IMG/VR virus record: IMGVR_UViG_3300037991_003356
Location: 1 to 26,465 of that record
Reading direction: 5' to 3' (one strand)
From: a virus
Lineage: Duplodnaviria; Caudoviricetes
Length of the DNA stretch: 26,465 nt
Shown: one piece after another, positions 8,199-17,600 of the stretch
How positions within the stretch are numbered: the stretch's first letter is position 1
Layout: each line of letters begins with the position of its first letter
Position numbers and translations under genes: made by a program
The notes under the pieces: model-generated
Database searches by the model: none
The model's input: the letters and a program-made list of their open reading frames with translations, nothing else
Told to the model about the DNA's origin: nothing

Positions 8199-9467
8199 AT
8201 GGCAAATAAAGATTTATTCAAGCAAGCTATTGCTGAAGCTAAATCTGTAAGAGAAGCTGCTATTGCTAACGCTAAAGAAGCTTTAGAAGAGACTTTAACA
8301 CCTCATCTGAAAGATATGTTAGCTGCTAAACTTCAAGAAATGGATGATTCCAAGAACGAAGAAGTAGAAAACGTAAACGAAGAAGAAGTAGAAGAGACTC
8401 TAGAAGAAGCTCCTAAGAAAGACGACGACATGGACGAAGGTAAAAAAGACGACGACATGGACGAAGCTCATTCTAAGGACGATAAAGACATGGATGAAGC
8501 TATCGATGAAGCTCCTAAAAAGGAAGACGACATGGACGAAGCTATGCATGACGACGATAAAAAAGACGAAGCAATCGAAGAGGAAGACCTTACAGAAGTA
8601 GAGCCAGTTGAAGCTGCTACCGATGAAGCTGAGGATGATTCAGAAAAATCTGATGACGAAGCTGAGCACGAAGACGCTCCAGACGGTGATGAAGATATTA
8701 GTAAGCTATCTGTTGACCAATTTAAAGATATGATTAGAGACATTATTGCTCAAGAAGTAGGCGGAGACGCTGCTGCTGACGATATGGACGCTGGTGATAT
8801 TGAAGGAATGGGTGACGAAGAGCCTGCTATTGACGCTGAACCAGAAATGGATGCACCAGGTGAAGAGGAAGAAGAAATCGATCTTGACGAATTACTTGCT
8901 GAATTAGAAGCTTCTGAAGAAGTGGAAGAAGGTAAGAAAGACGAGAAGGAGATGGAAGAAGGTAAAAAAGAAGATGATATGGACGAATCTGCTGATACAG
9001 TAGAAGAAGACACATCAGTTCAAGTTAACGCTGAATCAGAAGGAAAAGGCTACAACGTAAATAGAGTAGCTGATCTAAAAGAAGAAGCAGAAGTTACTGA
9101 AGAAAAATCAGAATTAGAGCAAGCATTAGATACTATCGAAACTCTTAAATCAGAGTTAAACGAAGTAAATATTTTAAACTCTAAACTTTTATATGTTAAC
9201 AAAATCTTCAAAGCTAACAGCTTATCCGAATCACAAAAAGTAAACATTATTGCTGCTTTCGACAAAGCGGAAACAGTAAAAGAAGTTAAATTAGTTTTTG
9301 AAACTGTTTCAGATAACATCGTTGATGTTAAAAAAGAAAATGTTTCAGAAGCAAAGGCAAAAGGCATGGCTAGTAAAGCTACAGGAACAACTGCATCTAA
9401 ACCAGAAGCAATTGTATTATCTGAGGCTGCACAAAGAATGCAAAAATTAGCCGGAATAATTAAATAA
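8199..9467 (+). CDS. Prohead core scaffold protein (T4 gp22-like by position)
   Basis: Very acidic, coiled-coil-like protein between protease and capsid, ending RMQKLAGII. ATG 8199 (MANKDLF) is preferred over TTG 8193. Confidence 0.8.
   Translation: MANKDLFKQAIAEAKSVREAAIANAKEALEETLTPHLKDMLAAKLQEMDDSKNEEVENVNEEEVEETLEEAPKKDDDMDEGKKDDDMDEAHSKDDKDMDEAIDEAPKKEDDMDEAMHDDDKKDEAIEEEDLTEVEPVEAATDEAEDDSEKSDDEAEHEDAPDGDEDISKLSVDQFKDMIRDIIAQEVGGDAAADDMDAGDIEGMGDEEPAIDAEPEMDAPGEEEEEIDLDELLAELEASEEVEEGKKDEKEMEEGKKEDDMDESADTVEEDTSVQVNAESEGKGYNVNRVADLKEEAEVTEEKSELEQALDTIETLKSELNEVNILNSKLLYVNKIFKANSLSESQKVNIIAAFDKAETVKEVKLVFETVSDNIVDVKKENVSEAKAKGMASKATGTTASKPEAIVLSEAAQRMQKLAGIIK
8418..8570 (+). repeat. Tandem coding repeats of the K-D-D-D-M-D-E unit in the scaffold
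   Basis: aaagacgacgacatggacgaag occurs at 8418-8439 and 8445-8466 (27-nt period), followed by degenerate copies. Confidence 0.8.
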
Positions 9468-9488
9468 TTAATAAATTAAATTTTAATC

Positions 9489-11075
9489 ATGGAAGTAAAA
9501 AATTTACTTGAAAGCTCAAATAACTATAAGAGCATGCAAGCTGACGCTGCTAAATTAGCAGATAAGTGGGCTGCTTCAGGATTATTAGAAGGTATCGAGG
9601 ATGAAAGAGTGTCTGGAAACATGGCAATGATTCTTGAGAACCAAGCTAAACAAATCGTATCTGAGGCTAACGCTACTAACGTTGGAGGAGGTTCATTCAC
9701 AGCCGGAGACGGTGAAGCATGGGCTGGTGTTGCACTACCTTTAGTTAGAAAAGTTTTCGCACAAATCGTAGCTCAAGACTTTGTATCTGTTCAACCAATG
9801 AACTTACCATCAGGTCTTGTATTCTACCTAGACTTTAAATACGGAACTGCTACTAACGGTAGAGGTGACGGAGACAACATGTACGGTAACGTATCTACAG
9901 CTAATTCTAAATTAGCAGCTGATACTGATCCAGCAGGTGGTCTTTATGGTGCTGGACAATTTGGTTACTCAATCAACCAAACTTCTTCAGCTCAAACTGC
10001 TACTGTAGCAAACGCTACTTCAGCATCTGTTTATTACGACGTAGACGTTGACTTAACTGCATTTGATACTGTAAGTATCCCAACTGCAGGTTTAGGAACT
10101 AAATATGATACTTTAGGTATTAGAGCATTTAGCTTACAAACAGGTTCAACTGATATCGCTGTAGAAAGACAGTATACTAAGATAAATGGAAGTAATATTG
10201 AATTCGTTGTTGCAGATGGTACAGTTACTAACTCAACATCAGTTAACGTATTATTCCACAACCAGCCAGTAGATAACGACAGAGGAGACTTTGAAGCATC
10301 ATCTACAGCTGCTGTTGATACATCAATCACTATACCAGAAATTGACGTTCAGTTAGCTTCTGAGGCGATTGTTGCTAAGACAAGAAAATTAAAGGCACAA
10401 TGGACTCCTGAGTTCGCTCAAGATCTTAACGCATACCACAGTATTGATGCTGAGGCTGAGTTAACATCTTTATTGAGCGAGTACATTTCTATGGAAATTG
10501 ACTTAGAGATCCTAGATATGCTTATTCAAGATGCAAGAACTACAGATCACTGGAGTGCAGAAAACAACAAAGTATGGGATGGTTCAAACTGGACTACTTC
10601 AACTTCTGATTTCTACAACACTCAAGGTCAGTGGTTCCAAACATTAGGTACTAAGATTCAAAAAGTATCTAACAAGATTCACCAGAAAACTTTAAGAGGA
10701 GGTGCAAACTTCGTAGTATGTTCTCCAACTGTTGCTACAGTATTAGAAAGTATCCCAGGATACGCTGCTAACACTGATGGTAATGCAGAAGAGTTTAACA
10801 TGGGTGTACAGAGAGTTGGTTCATTAGCGAACAGATTCAAAGTATACAAGAATCCATACATGACTGAGAACACAATGTTAATGGGATATAGAGGTTCACA
10901 ATTCCTAGAAACAGGAGCTGTATATGCACCTTACGTACCATTAATGATGACTCCTCTAGTATATGATCCTGAGACTTTCACTCCAAGAAAAGGTCTTATG
11001 ACAAGATATGCGAAGAAGATGATCAGACCAGAATTCTACGGTAAAATCTTTATTTCTGATTTATCTCAGATCTAA
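9489..11075 (+). CDS. gp23: Major capsid protein (T4 gp23-like)
   Basis: gp23 motifs MAMILENQ, VSVQPMNLPSGLVFYL, AKTRKLKAQWTPEFAQDLNAYH, DAEAELTSLLSEYISMEIDLEI, YAPYVPL and FTPRKGLMTRYA. Confidence 0.96.
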   Translation: MEVKNLLESSNNYKSMQADAAKLADKWAASGLLEGIEDERVSGNMAMILENQAKQIVSEANATNVGGGSFTAGDGEAWAGVALPLVRKVFAQIVAQDFVSVQPMNLPSGLVFYLDFKYGTATNGRGDGDNMYGNVSTANSKLAADTDPAGGLYGAGQFGYSINQTSSAQTATVANATSASVYYDVDVDLTAFDTVSIPTAGLGTKYDTLGIRAFSLQTGSTDIAVERQYTKINGSNIEFVVADGTVTNSTSVNVLFHNQPVDNDRGDFEASSTAAVDTSITIPEIDVQLASEAIVAKTRKLKAQWTPEFAQDLNAYHSIDAEAELTSLLSEYISMEIDLEILDMLIQDARTTDHWSAENNKVWDGSNWTTSTSDFYNTQGQWFQTLGTKIQKVSNKIHQKTLRGGANFVVCSPTVATVLESIPGYAANTDGNAEEFNMGVQRVGSLANRFKVYKNPYMTENTMLMGYRGSQFLETGAVYAPYVPLMMTPLVYDPETFTPRKGLMTRYAKKMIRPEFYGKIFISDLSQI

Positions 11076-11104
11076 TAGTTTAACCTAATAGAATTAAATT
11101 TAAG

Positions 11105-11129
11105 AGAGGCCTTCGGGCCTCTTTTTTTT
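11105..11129 (+). terminator. Rho-independent terminator after the major capsid gene
   Basis: AGAGGCC-TTCG-GGCCTCT followed by a T run; C(UUCG)G tetraloop as in T4-type terminators. Confidence 0.92.
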
Positions 11130-11133
11130 ATAC

Positions 11134-11141
11134 TATTTATA
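11134..11141 (+). promoter_or_regulatory. TATTTATA motif, putative late promoter for neck genes
   Basis: Immediately after the terminator T tract, starting 23 nt before ATG 11157. Confidence 0.55.
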
Positions 11142-11156
11142 TATAAATTGTAATAG

Positions 11157-12299
11157 ATGGCGAATATAGTAACATGGAACGGTAGTTCTACCTTTACGAC
11201 TGGATCCACTCCTTTCGGCTTCTACGATACTGATAGTGATTTTCAAACCGATGCTGATAAAGTAGCAAGCTTTTGTGGTACACGTTTAGGATTTCCTTTA
11301 ATGGATGTAGAACTAAATAGTGGATCTTTTTATGCTTGTTTTGAAGAAGCAGTTACTACTTACGGTAACGAAGTATTTCAATACAAAATAAGGGAGAATT
11401 ATCTATCTTTAGAAGGCTCTACCACTGGTAGTAGCGCAAACAACAAACTACTCGATCCAACATTGGATAGAGCAGTACAAATATCAAAAAATTACGGTAC
11501 TGAAGCAGAAGTAGGTGGTAGTATTACTAGATATACTGGATCACTTGCTTTAACTGCATCAATACAAGAGTACGATTTAGATGAATGGGCAACAAATGAC
11601 GGTATAACAGGAGGAATAGAGGTAAGACGTATATTCTACGAAGCTCCACCTGCTATTCTACGTTATTTTGACCCATATGCTGGTACAGGTACAGGTGTAC
11701 AGTCATTAATGGATGCTTTTGACTTTGGATCATTTAGTCCAGGTGTAAACTTCTTATTAATGCCTACTTCTTTCGATATACTTAAGGTACAAGCAATAGA
11801 ATTTAACGATCAGATAAGAAGATCGGCATATACCTTCGAATTAGTTAATAATAAACTTAAAATCTTCCCGATTCCTAAGAAAGCTGCTAATTTAAGGTTC
11901 GAATATTATAAATTAAGTGATAAAAGAGATGGAGTTTATAAAGATGGTGATGGATTAGTAAAGACTGTAGCAGATGTACCATATGAAAACCCAACTTACT
12001 CACTTATTAATAGTGTAGGACGTCAATGGGTGTTTAAATACACGTTATCGTTGGCAAAAGAGCTATTAGCCTACGTTAGAGGTAAATATCAATCAGTTCC
12101 AGTACCTGGATCAGAAGCTACCTTGAATCAAGCTGACTTATTAACTGATGCTAGAGCTGAAAAAGAAGCTTTAATTAATAATTTAAGAGAAATGCTTGAT
12201 CAAACATCTAGACAAGCACAGTTAGAACGAAAAGCTAATGAATCAGAGAATTTAAGGAAGACTTTAAGTGATGTCCCTTATACAATATACATAGGATAA
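11157..12299 (+). CDS. Neck/head-completion protein (T4 gp13-like)
   Basis: RLGFPLMDVEL near the N-terminus and WVFKYTLSLAKELLAYVRGKY...TLNQADLLTDARAEKEAL near the C-terminus resemble gp13-family adaptors; follows the capsid gene. Confidence 0.75.
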   Translation: MANIVTWNGSSTFTTGSTPFGFYDTDSDFQTDADKVASFCGTRLGFPLMDVELNSGSFYACFEEAVTTYGNEVFQYKIRENYLSLEGSTTGSSANNKLLDPTLDRAVQISKNYGTEAEVGGSITRYTGSLALTASIQEYDLDEWATNDGITGGIEVRRIFYEAPPAILRYFDPYAGTGTGVQSLMDAFDFGSFSPGVNFLLMPTSFDILKVQAIEFNDQIRRSAYTFELVNNKLKIFPIPKKAANLRFEYYKLSDKRDGVYKDGDGLVKTVADVPYENPTYSLINSVGRQWVFKYTLSLAKELLAYVRGKYQSVPVPGSEATLNQADLLTDARAEKEALINNLREMLDQTSRQAQLERKANESENLRKTLSDVPYTIYIG

Positions 12300-12595
12300 T
12301 GAAATTGTTACAGATAATTAGTGAAATAGAGTTCAAAACTTATGAAGCTATGGTAAAATTCGTATATAAAGACGATAGTACCTCTAAAATAGGTGAATTA
12401 GTAAGGGCTTTACCAGGAGTAACTACAGTAACATTAACTACTGACTTAGGAAAAGGTAGACAAGTGTTTAAAGTTAAGTTAATTTCACAAAAATCTGGGC
12501 AAGAAGCATTTGCAGCATTAAAAACTAACGCTATGAGTAAGTATTCCTCTATAGTAGGAGTAGAAGTAGCAGGTAAAACGATAGAGAAGATATAA
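12299..12595 (+). CDS. Hypothetical protein with MKLLQIISE leader
   Basis: 98 aa with TAATG overlaps at both ends; RALPGVTTV suggests a small alpha/beta fold. Confidence 0.7.
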   Translation: MKLLQIISEIEFKTYEAMVKFVYKDDSTSKIGELVRALPGVTTVTLTTDLGKGRQVFKVKLISQKSGQEAFAALKTNAMSKYSSIVGVEVAGKTIEKI

Positions 12596-13089
12596 TGTTA
12601 TTCGGCAGTAATAGAGATTTCGACTTATTAGTAAATATTAACAGGGAACTGTTAAAAGATGTAGTTGAACAAGAGATTCTTTTCTATAAATTAAGTTTAG
12701 AAGATACTTTATCTAATTTATATGGTGAAGCATTAACTAAAAACTGGTTAGAACCATTAAAACTTAACTGTTTAATAACTAGAGGAGATCAAGTCATTAC
12801 ATCTGATGATTTTGGACCTGATTTAAGCAGAGAAGCATCGTTTGCTTTTATAAGAAAAGACTTAGAAGATGTACAAGTAGTACCTGAAGTAGGAGATATA
12901 GTAATGTGGCATGAGGACTACTATGAAGTAGACACAGTTAGAGAGAATCAACTGTTTGTAGGTAGAGATAAGACTTATAATTTAAGTCAATACGGTTCAA
13001 GATTTGGATCTTCTTTATCAATTATAGTAGATTGTCACCAAACAAGAAGAGAACGTACTGGTATTACACATCAAATGGAACAATATTAA
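12595..13089 (+). CDS. Neck/head-closure protein (T4 gp14-like)
   Basis: NLYGEA and PEVGDIVMWHEDYYEV resemble gp14-family motifs; lies between gp13-like and gp15-like genes. Confidence 0.65.
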   Translation: MLFGSNRDFDLLVNINRELLKDVVEQEILFYKLSLEDTLSNLYGEALTKNWLEPLKLNCLITRGDQVITSDDFGPDLSREASFAFIRKDLEDVQVVPEVGDIVMWHEDYYEVDTVRENQLFVGRDKTYNLSQYGSRFGSSLSIIVDCHQTRRERTGITHQMEQY

Positions 13090-13090
13090 T

Positions 13091-13363
13091 ATGAAAATAA
13101 AAGATATACTTAAAGAACAAGAAAGTCCTGATTTTAAGACTACTAAAGTTAGTGGTCCTGACCCAGTTACTGGTCAAATGACTTGGGATGTTGAATATAC
13201 TCCTTTAAAAGGTGTAGATGATAATTTAGAAGACGCTTATCAAGACTTTAAAAAGATTTTAAGAAAGTATCCAACAGATGAAAGGCTTGAAAAGTTGTTT
13301 CAAGTATTTGCACAATTTAAAAGACAGTATAGAAGTCACGTAACACGTAGATATGGCAGATAA
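13091..13363 (+). CDS. Hypothetical protein with MKIKDILKE leader
   Basis: 90 aa, tightly packed; contains DPVTGQMTWDVEY. Confidence 0.7.
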   Translation: MKIKDILKEQESPDFKTTKVSGPDPVTGQMTWDVEYTPLKGVDDNLEDAYQDFKKILRKYPTDERLEKLFQVFAQFKRQYRSHVTRRYGR

Positions 13364-14216
13364 TAATGTAAATCCTAAATCTCAAAGAGAGTTATCTCAG
13401 AATACTATACAACCTTACAAAGTAGAAGGTTATAAAGGTGAGAAAACTGATGTAAATGAAGGAAAAAAACGAGAGTACCAACGTTCTGTTAAGAAAGATA
13501 AGGTAAAAAGATTTGCTATAGGCTTAAGAGATATAGATGAAGCTATATTTTATTACTTTAACTCAGTTATTAAACCATCGGTAATACAGAATGGCACAAA
13601 GAAGATCGTTCCCGTACTATATGGTTCACCTGAAAGATGGGCTGCAGTACAGAAAGACGGTTTTTATAGAGATAGAAACGGTAAAATACAAGTTCCTTTA
13701 ATTTTCTTTAAGAGAGATAGCGTAGAAAAGAATAGAAACTTAGGAAATAAGATGGATGCTAACAATCCTACTCAATTTGGAGTGTTTGAAAAGAAGTGGT
13801 CGAAGAAAAACCAATATGATAGATTTTCAACCTTATTAACTAGATCAATACAAAAAGAATATCAAGGGGTAGTTATGCCTGACTACCTTAATATTAACTA
13901 TTCCTGTACAATTTTTACAGAATATGTTGAACAAATGAACGGTATCATTGAAAGTATCAATTATGCTTCTGATTCTTATTGGGGTGACCCAGATAGATTT
14001 AACTTCAGAGCTATGATTGATGATTATCAAACGATAACTGAACTCGTTCAAGGGCAAGATAGAAGTGTAAAGACTAATTTTCAGATAAAATTATTAGGTC
14101 ATATAGTACCTAATGCTGAAAATACACTTCCACAAGGTAATGCTAAGTTCTTTAACAAAGCATCGGTTTTATTTGGAGTTGAATCAGTCGTAGACATTAA
14201 TAATTTACCTAAATAA
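13353..14216 (+). CDS. Tail terminator / sheath-stabilisation protein (T4 gp15-like)
   Basis: Motifs VPVLYGSPERW, VPLIFFKRDS and PDYLNINYSCTIFTEYVEQMNGIIE resemble the gp15 family; position fits. Confidence 0.7.
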   Translation: MADNNVNPKSQRELSQNTIQPYKVEGYKGEKTDVNEGKKREYQRSVKKDKVKRFAIGLRDIDEAIFYYFNSVIKPSVIQNGTKKIVPVLYGSPERWAAVQKDGFYRDRNGKIQVPLIFFKRDSVEKNRNLGNKMDANNPTQFGVFEKKWSKKNQYDRFSTLLTRSIQKEYQGVVMPDYLNINYSCTIFTEYVEQMNGIIESINYASDSYWGDPDRFNFRAMIDDYQTITELVQGQDRSVKTNFQIKLLGHIVPNAENTLPQGNAKFFNKASVLFGVESVVDINNLPK

Positions 14217-14632
14217 TGGGAAGATATTCAAATACAAGAGTAAACAGTAGAAGTATAAGGTTCTTTGACCAAGCTGCTTCTAAGATGAACACAATAAATA
14301 TAGAAGAATCGATGACAAACGAACAAAAAGCTTACTTATCATTAAATAAAGTTTTTTCAAGTAACCAAAAAACAGTAACAGTTACCCCTGCAGGTGCATC
14401 TAGTGCATCACTGGAGTGGGAATCGTTAAATCTTGCAACACCACCACAGGGTTTTCCTGCTTTGACTAGTAAAGATTTTACACTATTTATAAATGGAGTT
14501 GTCGTCGAAAACGACGCATTAGACTCTGTTGCACAAACAGGCAGTAATGTCTTGGTTACACTTAATGATGGACTTAACTACAACGTAGACTCAAACGATG
14601 AGTATATGATTAGTGGTAAATTTGGTGATTAG
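14216..14632 (+). CDS. Hypothetical virion structural protein
   Basis: 138 aa with beta-rich C-terminus (FTLFINGVVVE...LNYNVDSNDEYMISGKF); TAATG-coupled to the upstream gene. Confidence 0.65.
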   Translation: MGRYSNTRVNSRSIRFFDQAASKMNTINIEESMTNEQKAYLSLNKVFSSNQKTVTVTPAGASSASLEWESLNLATPPQGFPALTSKDFTLFINGVVVENDALDSVAQTGSNVLVTLNDGLNYNVDSNDEYMISGKFGD

Positions 14633-14638
14633 TAATAG

Positions 14639-17600
14639 ATGGCTTTAATAAAGTGGAAACAAATTGACCCCAACTTAGGGGAATACGGACTCTTAACAGG
14701 TTCCTTAGATATATCCGGGTCCCTTCTAGTAAATGGACAGGCGGTCGGATCTACATCTACCACTTCCTCTCATGCCTTATTCGCAGTTTCAGCTTCTTAT
14801 GCTATATCAGCATCCCATGAAATAATAACAGAAATATCATCTTCACATGCTCAACAAGCTGATACAGCTTCATTTGTATCAACAGCTCAAACAGCTTCAT
14901 TTGTATCAGATAGTATTATATCTGAATCAGCTGCAAGAAGTGGCTTCGGAGCAGGTAGTGGAGATTCAACTTTTAATGGTAATAAAGTAATATCACAAGC
15001 TCATTTACCAGGATTTTTTACATCATCATTTAATGCAGGGACTACTGGAAGTGTCCAAGACTTTTTAAATGCAGTATTTTTCCCCAATACGGGGCCATCT
15101 ATTACAAGTGCAACTCAATTTAATATTGCAGAATTTGTAGCTAGCGGTTCAACTATAACTACATTAACAGCGACAGATCCAGAGTCCCAAGCATTAACTT
15201 TTAGTACACAATCAGGATATACTGATGATTTAGTTAGACTTTCATCAGCAGGTGTACTTACTTTAAATGTTACTTCATCTACTGAACAGTTCAATACTGA
15301 TAATAGAGGTGATGGAACATTAGCACACCCTGTACTTATTCAAGTATCAGATACTTTTGGAGGTACAGATACACAGACAATACATATTGATGTTACAGCT
15401 AACTCAGCTCCAGTCTTTAGACAAACATCAGTAGCAGGATCAATTATTACATCTTTTACCTCCAGTAGGAATGAAAATTCGACAACTGGAGAAATAGCAA
15501 AAATTTACTTCACAGATGCTAACTCTGACACTATTACAATTAGATCTGGAGGTTTAGATGTACTAAGTGATAAATTTACTATAGCACGAACTGGTAGCTA
15601 TGTAAGTTTAAGACAAGTTACTGGTTCATTAGACTTTGAAACTACCTCATCTTATAACTTTAGCTTAACAGCTTCAGATGAGCATTTTGAAGGAGGAGAA
15701 GATTTAGATGCAAGAACATTTTTACCTATATTAGTTAACATTACTGATAATGTTGTACCGGTTGTAAATAATCAAACATTAGATTCTATAAATGAAAATA
15801 GTGCAAACGGTACTACAGTAGATACTATCGCTGCAAGTGATGCAGAAGGAGATACTATAACATTTACGGCCTTCACATTAAGTTCATTAGAACTTAACTC
15901 TGGTAATGTAGCAACAGGATCGTACGGAGGTACTTCACAAACTTCTGATCCTCATGAGAATCCATTTTCAATGGCATCTAATGGAGTTGTAACTAGAAAG
16001 AATGGAGTATTCTTAAACTCTGACATTATCGATACATATAAGTATTCAGTAAAAGTTTTAGATTCATTTAATACAGCATCAGCACCTGCAATAATAAGTA
16101 TACCTATTGCAGACGATACTCCTGCTACTATTTCAGATAATATTACAGCAGCAAGTATAGTAGAGTCTGATACTAGTGGTACTTCTATAAAGACTAATTT
16201 ATACGGTTCAACACAGATAGATTTTAATTCTAATCAAGCTGGTGCATTTACATCATCAAATGCAGCAATAGCAATTGATAGTTCAACAGGAGTATTGACA
16301 TTAGGAGTTAATTTAAGCGGTTCAGCTACTCAAAGTGGAGCAACTATAGATTCAGTTATTTCATTTAGAAATACTTTTAATACTTTAACTACAAGTAGTT
16401 TATCAGTCACAGTACTGGGTAATAGAGTACCAACAGCATCATTTACTGAACAGACAGCTAATCTAAATGATAACCTAGCAACTACTAATACAAACTTAAC
16501 GAGTGTAACGATATCAGATCCAGATTCTGATACTCCTTATTCTATGTCTTTATCAGGTACTCATGCATCATCATTTAATGCAGTACCTCAAAATGCTAAC
16601 TCATCATCTTATCAAATACAAGCAGCATCAAATCTAGCAGCTGGATTATACAATTATTCAGCAAGTATAAAAGATAACTATGATGAAGTAAGAAATTATA
16701 ATAGATCATTAAGTATATCAAATGCAGGTATAGGTACAATGACTACAAATGGAACATTCCATATAATAGAATCAGCAACTAATGAAACTAATATAGTTAC
16801 TAATGCAAATGGTAGAACTGGAACTCAAGGTGATCTAGGAGTAACATACTCAGGTTCATTTGGTAGTCAAGGAGTAACTTCTTTCTCATCTTCTAATGCT
16901 CAAATAGCAGTAAGTAATGCAGGAGCATTATCATTAGGATTTGATTTAAGCGGTTCAGGAACAGCATCTGGAGATAGTATATCTTCAAATATTACTTTTG
17001 TAGATCAATACGATAATATAGGTAGTGGTAGTATTACAGTTAATGTAGTAACTAACCACCCACCGTTTATAAGTGCTACTTCTCAATCTAATGGAAATGA
17101 AAATGCAGCAAGAGGAACAGCCGACCTATTTAGATTAACCATAGCTGATACAGAAAGTGACAGTATACCAAGTGCTAATTTATCAGTAACAGGACTAACA
17201 GGTAGCTTAAGTGCATCTGTTGATAGTCCTTATATATACATTAAAGCAAATAATAATAATGTAAATGCAGGAGTATATGGATTTACAGCAAGTTTAGCTG
17301 ATACACATTCATTTAGTACAGCTTTATCTGCTAGTCAATTTACTATAGCAGCAGCAGACAATGGAACATTAACAGGAGATACTGCTGTATACATTTTAGA
17401 ATCTACTGCAAGTGGAGCACCATTTAGAGATGCAACAGGATATGAAAATGGAAATTATGCTCAAGTAGGAGCTTCATATTCTCCAGCTTATGCAGGAGCA
17501 ACAGTACAATCGTTTACTTCATCTAATGCAGCAATAGTAATAGATGGTAGCGGTAATTTAACTTTAGGTGTAACGTTAAGTGGATCAACTACACAAAGTG

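Noticed and set aside
8418-8570. Short direct repeats as a possible CRISPR array
   Set aside because: They are in-frame coding repeats with a 27-nt period, no unique spacers and no cas genes.
8468-9367. Cluster of Ser-rich minus-strand ORFs
   Set aside because: Reverse complement of Glu/Asp codons in the scaffold gene. The same applies to the other minus-strand ORFs nested in strong + strand genes (2155, 5453, 6441, 10034, 10679, 13845, 18094, 20268, 21423, 23451, 24507).
1446-11075. Inteins or group I introns in terL, portal or capsid; stop-codon recoding
   Set aside because: The ORFs are continuous with no intein or LAGLIDADG/HNH motifs seen. Genes are full length under the standard code and end in TAA, TAG or TGA.
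14484-14491. TATTTATA inside a CDS (also at 19243)
   Set aside because: Not listed as a promoter because it may be chance in AT-rich coding DNA, although 14484 could serve the cadherin gene 155 nt downstream.
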